Below are positions 10,316-20,162 of a stretch of DNA of 60,072 nt, piece by piece; the first letter of the stretch is position 1; the number at the start of each line of letters is the position of its first letter. The DNA lies in assembly GCA_030625765.1 (NCBI GenBank), contig DAOUQG010000001.1:1-60072 (forward strand). The letters are read 5' to 3'. Source of the stretch: Thermohalobacteraceae bacterium. Lineage in GTDB: Bacteria; Bacillota; Clostridia; Tissierellales; VENL01. The notes under the pieces are model-generated. The model made no database searches. It was not told the origin of the DNA and saw only the letters and a program-made list of their open reading frames with translations. Made by a program: the position numbers and the translations under genes.

Positions 10316-10978
10316 ATGTTAAGTAATGATTTGCCTAATATTGGAGATAAGATAGAATTATACGATTATTCGGGAAATATAAACAATAAATATTTAAGTC
10401 AGTTATTCGATATCATTGATGATAAAACTCTAATTATTAGTGGTCCTATTCATAATAAAGTTTTAGTTCCTTTTCATAGAAATGACTTTATTGAAGTGGT
10501 ATATTTTAAAAAAAATAAAGGTAGATATTCTTTTGGCGCAATGATTTCAAAAGTAATTCAAAAAGAAATGTATAAAATAAGAATCAAGAGAACTACTAAA
10601 ATAAGAAAAATTCAACAAAGAAATTTTTATAGACTAGCTTGTAGAATTCCTACCATTAAGATTCATCATATATGTGAAGATAATCTTGAAAAAGATATCA
10701 GAGAAGAATGCTTTATTAGTGACATTAGTGGTGGAGGTATAGGTGTTTTCTGCAATTATCCTCATGATAGTGGAGATTTTGTTGATATTCAGATTGATTC
10801 TCAAGGATTAAAAATTTGTATAAAAGGAGAAATCATTAGAATATCAGACAGCAAAAACCAAAAGTATAAGTTTAATATTGGAGTTAGGTTTGTTGATTTA
10901 AAAGATAACGACAGAGATAAAATTGTAAGTTTTATTTTTGAAGAGCAAACAAAATTAAGAAAAAAGGGTTTGATATAA
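10316..10978 (+). CDS. PilZ-domain protein (YcgR/MotI-like candidate c-di-GMP flagellar brake)
   Basis: 220 aa with an RxxxR motif (QQRNFYR) followed about 35 aa later by DxSxxG (DISGGGIG), the PilZ c-di-GMP binding signature. The gene is embedded between flhG and cheB. Confidence 0.8.
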   Translation: MLSNDLPNIGDKIELYDYSGNINNKYLSQLFDIIDDKTLIISGPIHNKVLVPFHRNDFIEVVYFKKNKGRYSFGAMISKVIQKEMYKIRIKRTTKIRKIQQRNFYRLACRIPTIKIHHICEDNLEKDIREECFISDISGGGIGVFCNYPHDSGDFVDIQIDSQGLKICIKGEIIRISDSKNQKYKFNIGVRFVDLKDNDRDKIVSFIFEEQTKLRKKGLI

Positions 10979-12043
10979 ATGTCAGTGAATGTTCTTGTAG
11001 TCGATGATTCAGCTTTTATGAGAAGAGTAATTAGTGATATGTTAAAAGCTGATAAAGAAATAAATGTTATAGGGATTAGTAAAAACGGTAAAGATGCATT
11101 AGAAAAAATTGAAGTTTTAAAACCAGATGTAATTACTTTAGATGTAGAAATGCCTATAATGGATGGATTACAGACCCTAGAAAACATTATGAAAAAATAT
11201 AAGATACCAGTTGTTATGCTTAGTAGTATAACTGTTGAAGGTGCTGATGCTACTTTAAAAGCTTTAGAACTAGGAGCAGTTGATTTTATTGCCAAACCTA
11301 CAAATATATTTGATATGAATAACGCTGGTAAAAAAGATGAATTAATAAATAAAGTAAAGGCTGCAGTAAATGCACGGATATCTAATAGTATTTCTTTTAG
11401 ACCTAATAGTGAAATAAACATCAAGAAGAAATATTTATCATCTAAAAATTATTCTAATAAAGATACCAAGATATCTAATTTGATTGCTATAGGAACTTCA
11501 ACAGGAGGACCTAGGGCATTGCAAGAAATAATTCCATTTATTCCAGAAGATATAAATGGATGTATATTAGTGGTTCAGCATATGCCACCTGGTTTCACAA
11601 AATCTTTAGCTAATAGGCTGAATTCAATGTCAAATATTATTGTGAAGGAAGCAGAAGATGGTGAAAAATTACTGAGAGGTTACTGTTATATTGCACCTGG
11701 GGATTGTCATATGAGAATTGAAGAAAAAAATAATATTTTTTCAATCAGATTGGGGAGTGATGAACCAGTTTCAGGTCATAGACCTTCAGTAGATGTATTG
11801 ATGGAGTCAGTTGCTAAACATACTACACTAAACACTTATGGAGTTATTTTAACTGGTATGGGATGTGATGGAGCAAAAGGAATTAAAAAGGTACTTCAAA
11901 ACAATGGTTATACCATAGCACAAGATGAAGAAACATGTGTAATTTATGGTATGCCTAAAGTAGCAGTTAAGCTTGAGGCAATTAAGAAAATTTTACCGTT
12001 AAATAAAATAGCTAAACATTTAATTGAGAAGGTAGGTGTATAA
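10979..12043 (+). CDS. cheB: chemotaxis protein-glutamate methylesterase CheB
   Basis: N-terminal receiver domain (VLVVDDSAFMR, LDVEMPIMDG) plus a methylesterase domain (GTSTGGPRAL, HMPPGFT, GMGCDG). Confidence 0.94.
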   Translation: MSVNVLVVDDSAFMRRVISDMLKADKEINVIGISKNGKDALEKIEVLKPDVITLDVEMPIMDGLQTLENIMKKYKIPVVMLSSITVEGADATLKALELGAVDFIAKPTNIFDMNNAGKKDELINKVKAAVNARISNSISFRPNSEINIKKKYLSSKNYSNKDTKISNLIAIGTSTGGPRALQEIIPFIPEDINGCILVVQHMPPGFTKSLANRLNSMSNIIVKEAEDGEKLLRGYCYIAPGDCHMRIEEKNNIFSIRLGSDEPVSGHRPSVDVLMESVAKHTTLNTYGVILTGMGCDGAKGIKKVLQNNGYTIAQDEETCVIYGMPKVAVKLEAIKKILPLNKIAKHLIEKVGV

Positions 12044-12044
12044 T

Positions 12045-14060
12045 ATGGATATGAATCAATATATGGATGTTTTTATTGAAGAGGCAAAAGAACATTTACT
12101 TAGCATGAATGAAAGCCTTTTAGAGCTTGAAAAGTCACCGAAAGATAAAAGTCTCTTAAATCAAATTTTCAGAGTGTCTCACACTTTGAAAGGGATGGCT
12201 GCAACTATGGGATTTTCTAAATTAGCTAGCTTAACACATGAAATGGAAAACTTATTACATATTATTAGGAACGGTGAGATTGTAGTTAGTGCAGAAATTA
12301 TTGATTTGCTCTTCGAATGTTTTGATGCTCTTGAAGAATATGTGACTAATATTAGTTCTACAGGAAATGAAGGAGATCTAGATAGTAAGCATTTAGTTCA
12401 GACATTGAATGATATATTAAATGGTAAAGATATTGCAGCAACATCTAATAAAGATTTAACTGATGATTCTATGCAGGACAAAAATTTTTCAAACAGTAAC
12501 TATAACATATACGTTTTAAACATTTTGAAAAAGGCAAAAGAAAAAGACTTACATGCTTTCGAGGTTGATGTTGTTATTAGTAATGATTGTATGTTAAAGG
12601 CAGCTAGAGCATTTATTGTATTTAACAAATTGGAAAGTTATTCTGAGATAATTCAATCAAATCCACCAGTAGAAGATATCGAAGATGAAAAATTTGACAA
12701 AGGTTTTTCAGTTGTTTTAGTATCAAAAGCTAGTAAACAGGAAATTGAAAAAGATATTATTTCAATTTCAGAAATTGAATCTGTAGAAGTAAAGGATATT
12801 AATCTAGACGCTTTTGAAGAAAGTGCAGTTGAAATTATAGAAGATGAAGTTGATGAAGCTTTAGATGATAATAATTTGAAAGTTCAATCAACAGAAAACA
12901 AGAAAACATCTAATAGATTTGGTAAAACTGTTAGAGTAGATATTGATAGGCTTGATAATTTAATGAATCTTGTTAGTGAGCTAATAATTATCAAGACTCG
13001 TATGGAAGATATAGGAGAATCTTCTAGAAAACAAAATATGAATGAAGCTATTGAATATTTAGAAAGAATAACTACAAGCTTACATGATGCTGTGATGAAA
13101 GTTAGAATGGTACCAATTGAAAGAGTCTTTAATAGATTTCCTAGAATGGTGAGAGATTTGTCAAAGGAATTAGGTAAAGAAATAAACCTTGAAATGTCTG
13201 GTGAAGAGACTGAAGTGGATAGAACAGTTATTGATGAGATAGGAGATCCATTAATTCATCTTATAAGAAATTCTATTGATCACGGTATAGAATGTCCTGA
13301 GAAAAGAATAAAAGCTGGTAAAAATGAAGCGGGAACTGTTAAATTAGTAGCTTATCCTGATGGACAGAATGTAGTTATCGAGGTCGAGGATGATGGAAAA
13401 GGTATTGATTCTGAGAAAATCAAGCAAAATGCAATTAATAAAGGTTTGATTTCTAAAGCTGAAGCAAAAGAACTGTCATCGGAAGAAGCTATCGAATTAT
13501 TGTTTAAAGCAGGATTTAGTACTGCTGAGAAAGTTTCTGATATTTCAGGTAGAGGAGTAGGACTTGATGTTGTAAAAACTAAAATTGAATCTATTTCAGG
13601 ATTTGTGGAGGTAGAGACAACTATAGGGAAAGGTTCAAAGTTTATAATCAGATTACCTTTAACTCTTGCGATAATTCAAGCATTATTAATTAATTTAAAA
13701 GATGAAATATATGCAATACCTTTAAGCTCTGTAGGGGAAATTAGTCCTATATCTAGCAAAGACATTAAAAAAGTACAAGGGCAGGAAGTTGTTTTATATC
13801 GAAACAAAACTTTACCTATTATTAGATTGTGTAATATGCTTGGAGTTGAGCAGACAGAAGATAGCGACGAACTTATTGCTGTAATAGTAAGAAAAGGTGA
13901 TAAGGAAGCTGGATTAATTGTAGATAATTTAATTGGACAACAAGAGATTGTAATTAAGTCATTAGGCAAATATTTATCTGGCACTAAATACATCGCTGGG
14001 GCAACAATATTAGGAAATGGTACTATTTCATTAATTCTAGATGTTAATTCATTATTTTAA
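12045..14060 (+). CDS. cheA: chemotaxis histidine kinase CheA
   Basis: The ATG at 12045 gives MDMNQYMDVFIEE, a typical Firmicute CheA N-terminus. Also has the Hpt H-box SHTLKGMAATMG, an HATPase domain and a C-terminal CheW-like domain. Confidence 0.95.
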   Translation: MDMNQYMDVFIEEAKEHLLSMNESLLELEKSPKDKSLLNQIFRVSHTLKGMAATMGFSKLASLTHEMENLLHIIRNGEIVVSAEIIDLLFECFDALEEYVTNISSTGNEGDLDSKHLVQTLNDILNGKDIAATSNKDLTDDSMQDKNFSNSNYNIYVLNILKKAKEKDLHAFEVDVVISNDCMLKAARAFIVFNKLESYSEIIQSNPPVEDIEDEKFDKGFSVVLVSKASKQEIEKDIISISEIESVEVKDINLDAFEESAVEIIEDEVDEALDDNNLKVQSTENKKTSNRFGKTVRVDIDRLDNLMNLVSELIIIKTRMEDIGESSRKQNMNEAIEYLERITTSLHDAVMKVRMVPIERVFNRFPRMVRDLSKELGKEINLEMSGEETEVDRTVIDEIGDPLIHLIRNSIDHGIECPEKRIKAGKNEAGTVKLVAYPDGQNVVIEVEDDGKGIDSEKIKQNAINKGLISKAEAKELSSEEAIELLFKAGFSTAEKVSDISGRGVGLDVVKTKIESISGFVEVETTIGKGSKFIIRLPLTLAIIQALLINLKDEIYAIPLSSVGEISPISSKDIKKVQGQEVVLYRNKTLPIIRLCNMLGVEQTEDSDELIAVIVRKGDKEAGLIVDNLIGQQEIVIKSLGKYLSGTKYIAGATILGNGTISLILDVNSLF

Positions 14061-14078
14061 TTTTTGAGAGGTGAGTTT

Positions 14079-14543
14079 ATGAACATTACGGATACAGCTG
14101 CAGATAACAAGTTTGTTATTTTTAATCTAGCTGGTCAAGATTATGGTTTAGATATCTATAACGTTGAGGTGATAGAAAGAGTAACTAGTTTTACTAGAGT
14201 GCCTAATACAAAAAATTATATTAATGGAGTTATAAATTTAAGAGGAGAAGTTGTTCCTGTAATTGACTTATTAAAACGCTTTAATATTGAGTCTACTAAT
14301 ACTTTGGGAGATGATTCAAGAATTATCATAACTTCTGTTAGAGATATTTTTATAGGACTTCTTGTAGATTCATCTTCTGAGGTGCTTACTTTATTAGAAG
14401 AGGATATTGATAATACTCCTAAAATTGGAGAACAAATTTCAGATGATTTTATTAAAGGGATAGGAAAAAAAGATGGAAGATTAATAATGCTTTTAGATTT
14501 AGAAAAAGTAATTGGTGTTGACTATCGAATAGAAGATATGTAA
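14079..14543 (+). CDS. cheW: chemotaxis coupling protein CheW
   Basis: CheW fold sequence (FVIFNLAGQDYGLDIYNVEVIER, INLRGEVVPVIDL). ATG at 14079 follows GAGAGGTGA. Confidence 0.93.
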   Translation: MNITDTAADNKFVIFNLAGQDYGLDIYNVEVIERVTSFTRVPNTKNYINGVINLRGEVVPVIDLLKRFNIESTNTLGDDSRIIITSVRDIFIGLLVDSSSEVLTLLEEDIDNTPKIGEQISDDFIKGIGKKDGRLIMLLDLEKVIGVDYRIEDM

Positions 14544-14558
14544 AGGTTGTGACAATAT

Positions 14559-15167
14559 ATGGATATAAATAATATTAATTCAATGCTATTAGACATTTTA
14601 AAGGAAATTGGAAACATTGGTTCTGGAAATGCTGCAACGGCTTTAGCTTCTATGATAGATAAAAAAATCGATATGGAAGTACCACAAGTAAAGATTTTAG
14701 AATTTAAAGATGTGACAGATATACTTGGAGGTGCAGAGATACCAGTAGCAGGTATATATTTTGAATTGAGTGGTGACATTGATGGTAATATAATGTTTAT
14801 ACTTAACTTAGAATCTGCATGTAATTTGGTTAACATGTTGTTTAATCGTGAAAATACAAAAACAGAATTGGAAGATATGGACTTATCTGCTTTGTCAGAA
14901 GTAGGGAACATCTTAGCTGCATCATATGTTAATTCATTAAGTAATTTAACAAGCTTAACATTAAAAATATCAATACCATCAATAAGTATTGATATGGCAG
15001 GAGCTATCTTAAGTGTTCCAGCTATAGAGTTTGGTCAAATAGCAGACAATGTTCTATTTATTGAGACACAGTTTGAAGAAGGTAACAATAAGGTTATTGG
15101 AGATTTATTTTTAATACCCAAAATGGATTCTTTTAATAAAATTTTACAAAAATTAGGAGTTATGTAA
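14559..15167 (+). CDS. cheC: CheY-P phosphatase CheC
   Basis: 202 aa with duplicated CheC motifs (DILKEIGNIGSGNAATALA and LSALSEVGNILAASYV). Confidence 0.9.
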   Translation: MDINNINSMLLDILKEIGNIGSGNAATALASMIDKKIDMEVPQVKILEFKDVTDILGGAEIPVAGIYFELSGDIDGNIMFILNLESACNLVNMLFNRENTKTELEDMDLSALSEVGNILAASYVNSLSNLTSLTLKISIPSISIDMAGAILSVPAIEFGQIADNVLFIETQFEEGNNKVIGDLFLIPKMDSFNKILQKLGVM

Positions 15168-15169
15168 TC

Positions 15170-15652
15170 ATGAACACAATTAAGGTTGGAATGGCAGATT
15201 TAGCAGTAGTAAAAACACCGGGTAGTTTAATAACTTTAGGGTTAGGTTCATGTGTGGGTATTGTATTATATGATAAGATCAATAAAATTGGAGGGCTTGC
15301 ACATATTATGCTTCCATCAAGTAAAGAGATAAAGAATAATTCTAATAAAGCAAAATTTGCTGATACAGCATTAATTATTTTGTTAGATGAAATGTTAAAT
15401 TCAGGTGCAAAAAAAAGAAATATTCTAGCAAAGATTGCAGGTGGCTCTCAAATGTTTAGTTTTAATTCCAATAGTGACGTATTAAAAATTGGCCAAAGAA
15501 ATGTACAAGCTACAAAAGCAAAATTGAAGGAATGTGGTATCCCTATCATTTCTGAAGATATAGGGGGTAACTATGGAAGGACTATTGAGTTGAATACTGA
15601 AGATGGGTCTTTATTAGTACGCACAATAGGACATGGCTCAAAAATTATTTAA
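15170..15652 (+). CDS. cheD: chemoreceptor glutamine deamidase CheD
   Basis: 160 aa containing LGSCVGIVLYD with the catalytic Cys context. Paired with cheC. Confidence 0.92.
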   Translation: MNTIKVGMADLAVVKTPGSLITLGLGSCVGIVLYDKINKIGGLAHIMLPSSKEIKNNSNKAKFADTALIILLDEMLNSGAKKRNILAKIAGGSQMFSFNSNSDVLKIGQRNVQATKAKLKECGIPIISEDIGGNYGRTIELNTEDGSLLVRTIGHGSKII

Positions 15653-15678
15653 AACTCAGCTTATTGGAGGTACATCCT

Positions 15679-16425
15679 ATGACTATTGAAGAAATTTGGC
15701 AAAAATACAAAAAGACTAATGATTTGTCTTATAAGCAAGAATTAATTAAAGAATATGTATATTTAGTAAAAATTGTTGCAGGTAGGATGTATAACTTCTA
15801 TGGAGGTAATGTTGATTACGAAGAGCTGCTTGGATTTGGAATATTTGGTTTAATTGATTCTATTGAAAAATTTGATTTAAGTAGAGATTTAAAATTTCAA
15901 ACATACGCACAAATTAGAATTAGAGGTTCTATTATTGATAATTTAAGAAAGCTAGACTGGATTCCAAGATCACTAAGAAAAAAAGCAAAGGATTATGAAG
16001 AAATAATTAGTAAACTTGAAAATAAATTATCTAGAAATGTTACAGAAGATGATATTGCAGCTCACATTGGTGAAAGTATAGAAGAAGTTCAAAAAACTCT
16101 AGCTGAGGTTTCTACTTTTAATGTGGTTTCTTTTGAAGAATTACTTATTACTAAAGGGCATTTTTATATAGCGGATTCTACACAAAAAACTCCTGAGGAT
16201 GCTTATGGCAGCAAAGAGCTAAAAAGATTATTAATAGAAACTATTGATAGTTTACCTAAGAAAGAAAAGATGGTTATATCTATGTACTATTTTGATGAAC
16301 TTACATACAAAGAAATAGGACAAATATTAGGATTATCAGAATCAAGGATATCACAGATACATAGTAAAGCAATTATTAAAATGAAAAATAGCTTAAATGG
16401 AATTGGTATTAGTGGATGGCAATAA
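15679..16425 (+). CDS. sigD: flagellar RNA polymerase sigma factor SigD/FliA
   Basis: Sigma-70 regions 2 to 4 (FDLSRDLKFQTYAQIRIRGSIID, ELTYKEIGQILGLSESRISQIH). ATG at 15679 follows GGAGG. Confidence 0.9.
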   Translation: MTIEEIWQKYKKTNDLSYKQELIKEYVYLVKIVAGRMYNFYGGNVDYEELLGFGIFGLIDSIEKFDLSRDLKFQTYAQIRIRGSIIDNLRKLDWIPRSLRKKAKDYEEIISKLENKLSRNVTEDDIAAHIGESIEEVQKTLAEVSTFNVVSFEELLITKGHFYIADSTQKTPEDAYGSKELKRLLIETIDSLPKKEKMVISMYYFDELTYKEIGQILGLSESRISQIHSKAIIKMKNSLNGIGISGWQ

Positions 16426-16441
16426 AATGGGAGGTGATATT

Positions 16442-18265
16442 ATGGCTGAAAACTATATTGTTTTAGAAGGGAAAAATTTAAATAGTCTTATTGAGGATGG
16501 ACTGCAAAAGTTAAATAAGAGTAGAGAAGAAGTAGATGTTGAAATTATACAAGAAGACATAGGACTATTTGCAAAAAAATTTAAAATAAAGGTTTCTTGT
16601 AAAGAAAATCATTCAGATAAAGCTGAAGACGTAAATGTAGATACAATATTGAAAAATATCAGTGATATTTCAACTATTAAGGATTCTTTTGAAATTAAAT
16701 ATTTAAATGACGGAGTTTATTTGACTATTTATGATAGCCTATATAGAAGTGAGATATTAGCAAAGAGAATATTAAATAGAATTGAAAGAAAGAAAATTGT
16801 TAATTATGATGCTCAAAAAGTTGAGCAAATAATTTCTGAATTAAACTGTGAACTAGTAAAGATTGCACCTCCTCAAGAAGAGCATCTAATTGATGCGGAG
16901 TTAATTATTGATATTACTGATAAAAACATGAAAGCATACATGACATTACTCCCTCCTCTCGGTGGTAAAAATATTAGTTATGATGAAGCAATTAGTATCA
17001 TTAAGCAACAGATTATATTCGGACTAGTTGATGAGGAAGTAGAGAACATAATTTATAATAGGATATATAATAAAAAGATTCTGATTGCAAAAGGGAAACA
17101 ATCAGTTGATGGAAAAGACGGTTATATAGAATACCATTTCAATACTAATAAATCATCGAAAAGGGTTAGAACACTTGAAGATGGTAGTGTTGATTTTAGA
17201 AATTTAAATTTAATTGAGAATACTCAAAGGGGAGATGTCTTAGCTGAAATGACACTTCCTATTAAAGGTGAAAAAGGATTTAATGTTATTGGTGAAATTG
17301 TAGAACCAAAGGAAGGGAAATTTGCTACATTCAATTATGGGAAAAATGTAGTTGTTTCTGATGATAGAATGAAGCTTTTTGCAGATCGCGATGGACAAGT
17401 TACCTTAGAAGGAGAAAAGGTTGTTGTACATGAAGTTTTTGCAGTAGATGGTAATGTTGATAATACTACTGGTAATGTTGATTTTAAAGGAATGGTTAAG
17501 ATTAAAGGAAATGTAAGAACTGGCTTTAGGGTAAAAGCAGAGGGAGATATTGAAATTAGTGGAGTAGTAGAGGCTGCTAATATCGAATGCTATAGCAATA
17601 TTATTTTAAAGCGTGGTATGCAGGGACATAATAGAGGTAAATTAATAGCTAAAGGTGATATTATTGCTAGATATTTAGAAAATGCTTATTTATTTTCACA
17701 TGGAGCGATAAAATCTGAGGCAATTATGCATAGTAGAATTTTTAGTAGGGATACGATTGAAGTTACTGGAAAGAAAGGATTAATAGTTGGTGGAGAATGT
17801 AAAGCTAAGTACGAAGTTCATGCAAAGATCATTGGTTCTTCAATGTCTACGTTTACTGAAATAGAAGTAGGAGTAGACCCTAATATTAAAGCTGAATGCA
17901 ATAACATGAAAAGTAAAATATCTGAGATTGAAGAGCACATTGAAAAACTAGACAAGTCTATTACTTTATTAAACAAATTGGCTCAAAGTAACAGACTTAC
18001 TGTAGATAAAAAAGAGATTTTAATTAGATGCTTAAACGACAGAAATGTTTTATTTAACAATTATAATAATTTGAAATTAGATTTATATCATTTAGAGTCT
18101 GAGTCTGAGTCACTATCAAAAGGAAAAGTAGTAGTAAGAGATGTAATTTATCCTGGAGTTAAAATAGTAATAGGTAATAGCGTAATGTTTATTAAGAAAG
18201 AGTATAAACACTGCACATTTTATAAAGAGGATGGCGAAATAAAAGTCGGTCCATATAATCTGTAA
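16442..18265 (+). CDS. DUF342/FapA-family protein (flagellar-operon associated)
   Basis: About 607 aa with a beta-helix-like repetitive core (GNVDFKGMVKIKGNVRTGFRVKAEGDIEISG) typical of FapA/DUF342, then a C-terminal coiled coil. ATG at 16442 follows GGGAGGTG. Confidence 0.75.
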   Translation: MAENYIVLEGKNLNSLIEDGLQKLNKSREEVDVEIIQEDIGLFAKKFKIKVSCKENHSDKAEDVNVDTILKNISDISTIKDSFEIKYLNDGVYLTIYDSLYRSEILAKRILNRIERKKIVNYDAQKVEQIISELNCELVKIAPPQEEHLIDAELIIDITDKNMKAYMTLLPPLGGKNISYDEAISIIKQQIIFGLVDEEVENIIYNRIYNKKILIAKGKQSVDGKDGYIEYHFNTNKSSKRVRTLEDGSVDFRNLNLIENTQRGDVLAEMTLPIKGEKGFNVIGEIVEPKEGKFATFNYGKNVVVSDDRMKLFADRDGQVTLEGEKVVVHEVFAVDGNVDNTTGNVDFKGMVKIKGNVRTGFRVKAEGDIEISGVVEAANIECYSNIILKRGMQGHNRGKLIAKGDIIARYLENAYLFSHGAIKSEAIMHSRIFSRDTIEVTGKKGLIVGGECKAKYEVHAKIIGSSMSTFTEIEVGVDPNIKAECNNMKSKISEIEEHIEKLDKSITLLNKLAQSNRLTVDKKEILIRCLNDRNVLFNNYNNLKLDLYHLESESESLSKGKVVVRDVIYPGVKIVIGNSVMFIKKEYKHCTFYKEDGEIKVGPYNL

Positions 18266-18280
18266 TATTGAGGTGATAAA

Positions 18281-18607
18281 ATGTCAGCAAAACCAATTGA
18301 TTTGCAGGCTACTATTCCTAAAACTCAGCAATTATCTAGGATAAGACAAATTGAAAATAATATGCATAGAAATAATATGCATAATCAAGTTGCAAGTGAA
18401 AATAATCACATAAAGAAGAAATTGAATAGAGTTAATAATTCAGAAAAAACTGGTTATAAGAAAATTGATAAGGAAAGACAAAATAATAAAGATAAAAAAC
18501 AAGAGCAAGGAAGTAAAAAGAAAATAAAAAAACAGAATTGTGAAGAAAAAGATAATAATAAGAATCCCAAAATTATTTTAGGGAGAAGTATTGATATTAA
18601 AATATAG
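18281..18607 (+). CDS. hypothetical small, highly basic Lys/Asn-rich protein
   Basis: 108 aa ORF with GAGGTGA upstream and tight spacing to its neighbours. I recognise no family. Confidence 0.5.
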   Translation: MSAKPIDLQATIPKTQQLSRIRQIENNMHRNNMHNQVASENNHIKKKLNRVNNSEKTGYKKIDKERQNNKDKKQEQGSKKKIKKQNCEEKDNNKNPKIILGRSIDIKI

Positions 18608-18619
18608 TGAGGCGAAAAT

Positions 18620-19117
18620 ATGGGTAGTAGTATATTAATTCTTATAGGTCTAGGTTGCATGTTTTTTGCAGTTATATTTATTTCTAAACATAGTAAGAAA
18701 GAAACGGAAATCTATAGTGATATATTAATTAAATATAAAGATATAAAAGATTATTCTGATACTATGGAGCAAATTGTAGATAATTTAGATAAATTAATTG
18801 ACTCATTTTTAGATAAGCATAATGCTTTGCAGAACAACATGGAAGTTTCTAGCAGAACTACAATAGATGTTGAAAATTCAAAAGATGAAAAAAAAGCTGA
18901 TAGTATAAGTATTACTGAAGACGTATCAGAAGAAAATAATGAAATCATGCAAAAAAAATACGAGAACAAGAAAAAAGATTTAAATGATCAAGTAAGAGAA
19001 CTTAAAAAATTAGGATTTTCAAACCATGAGATTGCAAAAAAATTAGGCAAAGGAATTAGAGAAATTGATATTATATCAAAAATGATTGCACTTCGAGATA
19101 GAAATAGCTTTAGCTAA
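18620..19117 (+). CDS. hypothetical single-pass membrane protein with C-terminal helix-turn-helix-like segment
   Basis: 165 aa with an N-terminal TM helix (ILILIGLGCMFFAVIFI), an acidic coiled region and a C-terminal LKKLGFSNHEIAKKLGKGIREIDIISKM. It is the last ORF before the operon terminator. Confidence 0.55.
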   Translation: MGSSILILIGLGCMFFAVIFISKHSKKETEIYSDILIKYKDIKDYSDTMEQIVDNLDKLIDSFLDKHNALQNNMEVSSRTTIDVENSKDEKKADSISITEDVSEENNEIMQKKYENKKKDLNDQVRELKKLGFSNHEIAKKLGKGIREIDIISKMIALRDRNSFS

Positions 19118-19148
19118 CTTGTATTAGTAAAAGCTATTTCTTTTTTTA
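19103..19148 (+). terminator. intrinsic terminator ending the fla/che operon
   Basis: 9-bp stem aatagcttt (19103-19111) / aaagctatt (19130-19138) followed by tcttttttt. Confidence 0.7.
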
Positions 19149-19244
19149 GATAAAACATTAGATTATATTGTATATATATTAATTTTATGGAAATTATAAA
19201 AATAATGTAGATTATCATTAATTGTAAAAAAAACAAAAATATTA

Positions 19245-19273
19245 TTGATAAAAAAATAATGTTATGATATACT
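19245..19273 (+). promoter_or_regulatory. sigma-A type promoter for rpsB-tsf
   Basis: TTGATA (19245-19250), 17-nt spacer, then TATACT (19268-19273) with an extended -10 TG at 19265-19266. Confidence 0.6.
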
Positions 19274-19384
19274 ACTTAAGGTATGAAAAACACACATTCT
19301 TTGATTCTTAAGGTGTGCCTTAGTATTTTGGGTTCTTTAAGAAATTGATTAGAATGGAGGCATAAAACAATAGGAGGTGAAAAC

Positions 19385-20083
19385 ATGTCAGTTATTTCTA
19401 TGAAGCAACTTTTAGAAGCAGGAGTTCATTTTGGACATCAAACTAGAAGATGGAATCCTAAAATGGCAGAATATATTTTTACAGAAAGAAATGGGATTTA
19501 TATCATTGATCTTCAAAAAACTGTAGGTAAGGTTGAAGAGGCATATAGATTTATTAAAGAAATTTCTGAAAGCAACGAAGAAATTCTTTTTGTTGGAACA
19601 AAGAAGCAAGCACAAGAGGCGATCGAAAGTGAAGCTAAAAGATGTGGCATGCATTTTGTTAGCCAAAGATGGTTAGGTGGAATGCTTACTAATTACAAGA
19701 CTATCAAGAAAAGAATTGATAGATTGCATGAGCTAGAAAGAATGGAAGAAGAAGGTACTTTTGATGTTCTTCCTAAGAAAGAAGTAATCAATCTTAGACA
19801 TGAGGCTGAAAGACTTGAAAAGTTTTTAGGTGGAATTAAAGAAATGAAAAAATTGCCTAAAGCTTTATTTGTCGTAGATCCTAGAAAAGAAAAGATTGCA
19901 GTAAGAGAAGCTCATATATTAGGTATTCCAGTTGTTGCTATAGTTGATACAAATTGTGATCCTGATGAAGTAGATTTTGTTATTCCTGGTAATGATGATG
20001 CTATAAGAGCTGTAAAATTACTTACTCAAACTATTGCAAATGCAATAATTGAAGGAAGACAAGGCGAACAGGTAGAAGAGTAA
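19385..20083 (+). CDS. rpsB: 30S ribosomal protein S2
   Basis: [19 protein letters not shown] and the rest of the S2 family sequence. AGGAGGTGA lies upstream. Confidence 0.97.
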   Translation: MSVISMKQLLEAGVHFGHQTRRWNPKMAEYIFTERNGIYIIDLQKTVGKVEEAYRFIKEISESNEEILFVGTKKQAQEAIESEAKRCGMHFVSQRWLGGMLTNYKTIKKRIDRLHELERMEEEGTFDVLPKKEVINLRHEAERLEKFLGGIKEMKKLPKALFVVDPRKEKIAVREAHILGIPVVAIVDTNCDPDEVDFVIPGNDDAIRAVKLLTQTIANAIIEGRQGEQVEE

Positions 20084-20087
20084 TGTT

Positions 20088-20131
20088 ATGGTAAGGGTTA
20101 TAAGGGAACTTTCCCTTACGGCTCTTACCAT
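20088..20131 (+). terminator. rpsB-tsf intercistronic stem-loop (partial terminator or processing signal)
   Basis: Outer stem atggtaag / cttaccat and inner stem taagggaa / ttccctta, followed by ttttgttt. Confidence 0.45.
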
Positions 20132-20162
20132 TTTGTTTAATAAAAGGTAGGAGGAGATGAAA

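Noticed and set aside
10801-11424. 207-aa minus-strand ORF, the longest antisense ORF in the track
   Set aside because: It lies entirely antisense to the well-supported PilZ and cheB genes and has no SD. Its low-complexity hydrophobic, Ile/Leu/Ser/Phe-rich composition is typical of shadow frames of AT-rich coding DNA. The same reasoning applies to every other minus-strand ORF in the track, for example 54867-55382, 28948-29427, 27411-27842, 42834-43277, 14522-14911 and 41424-41783.
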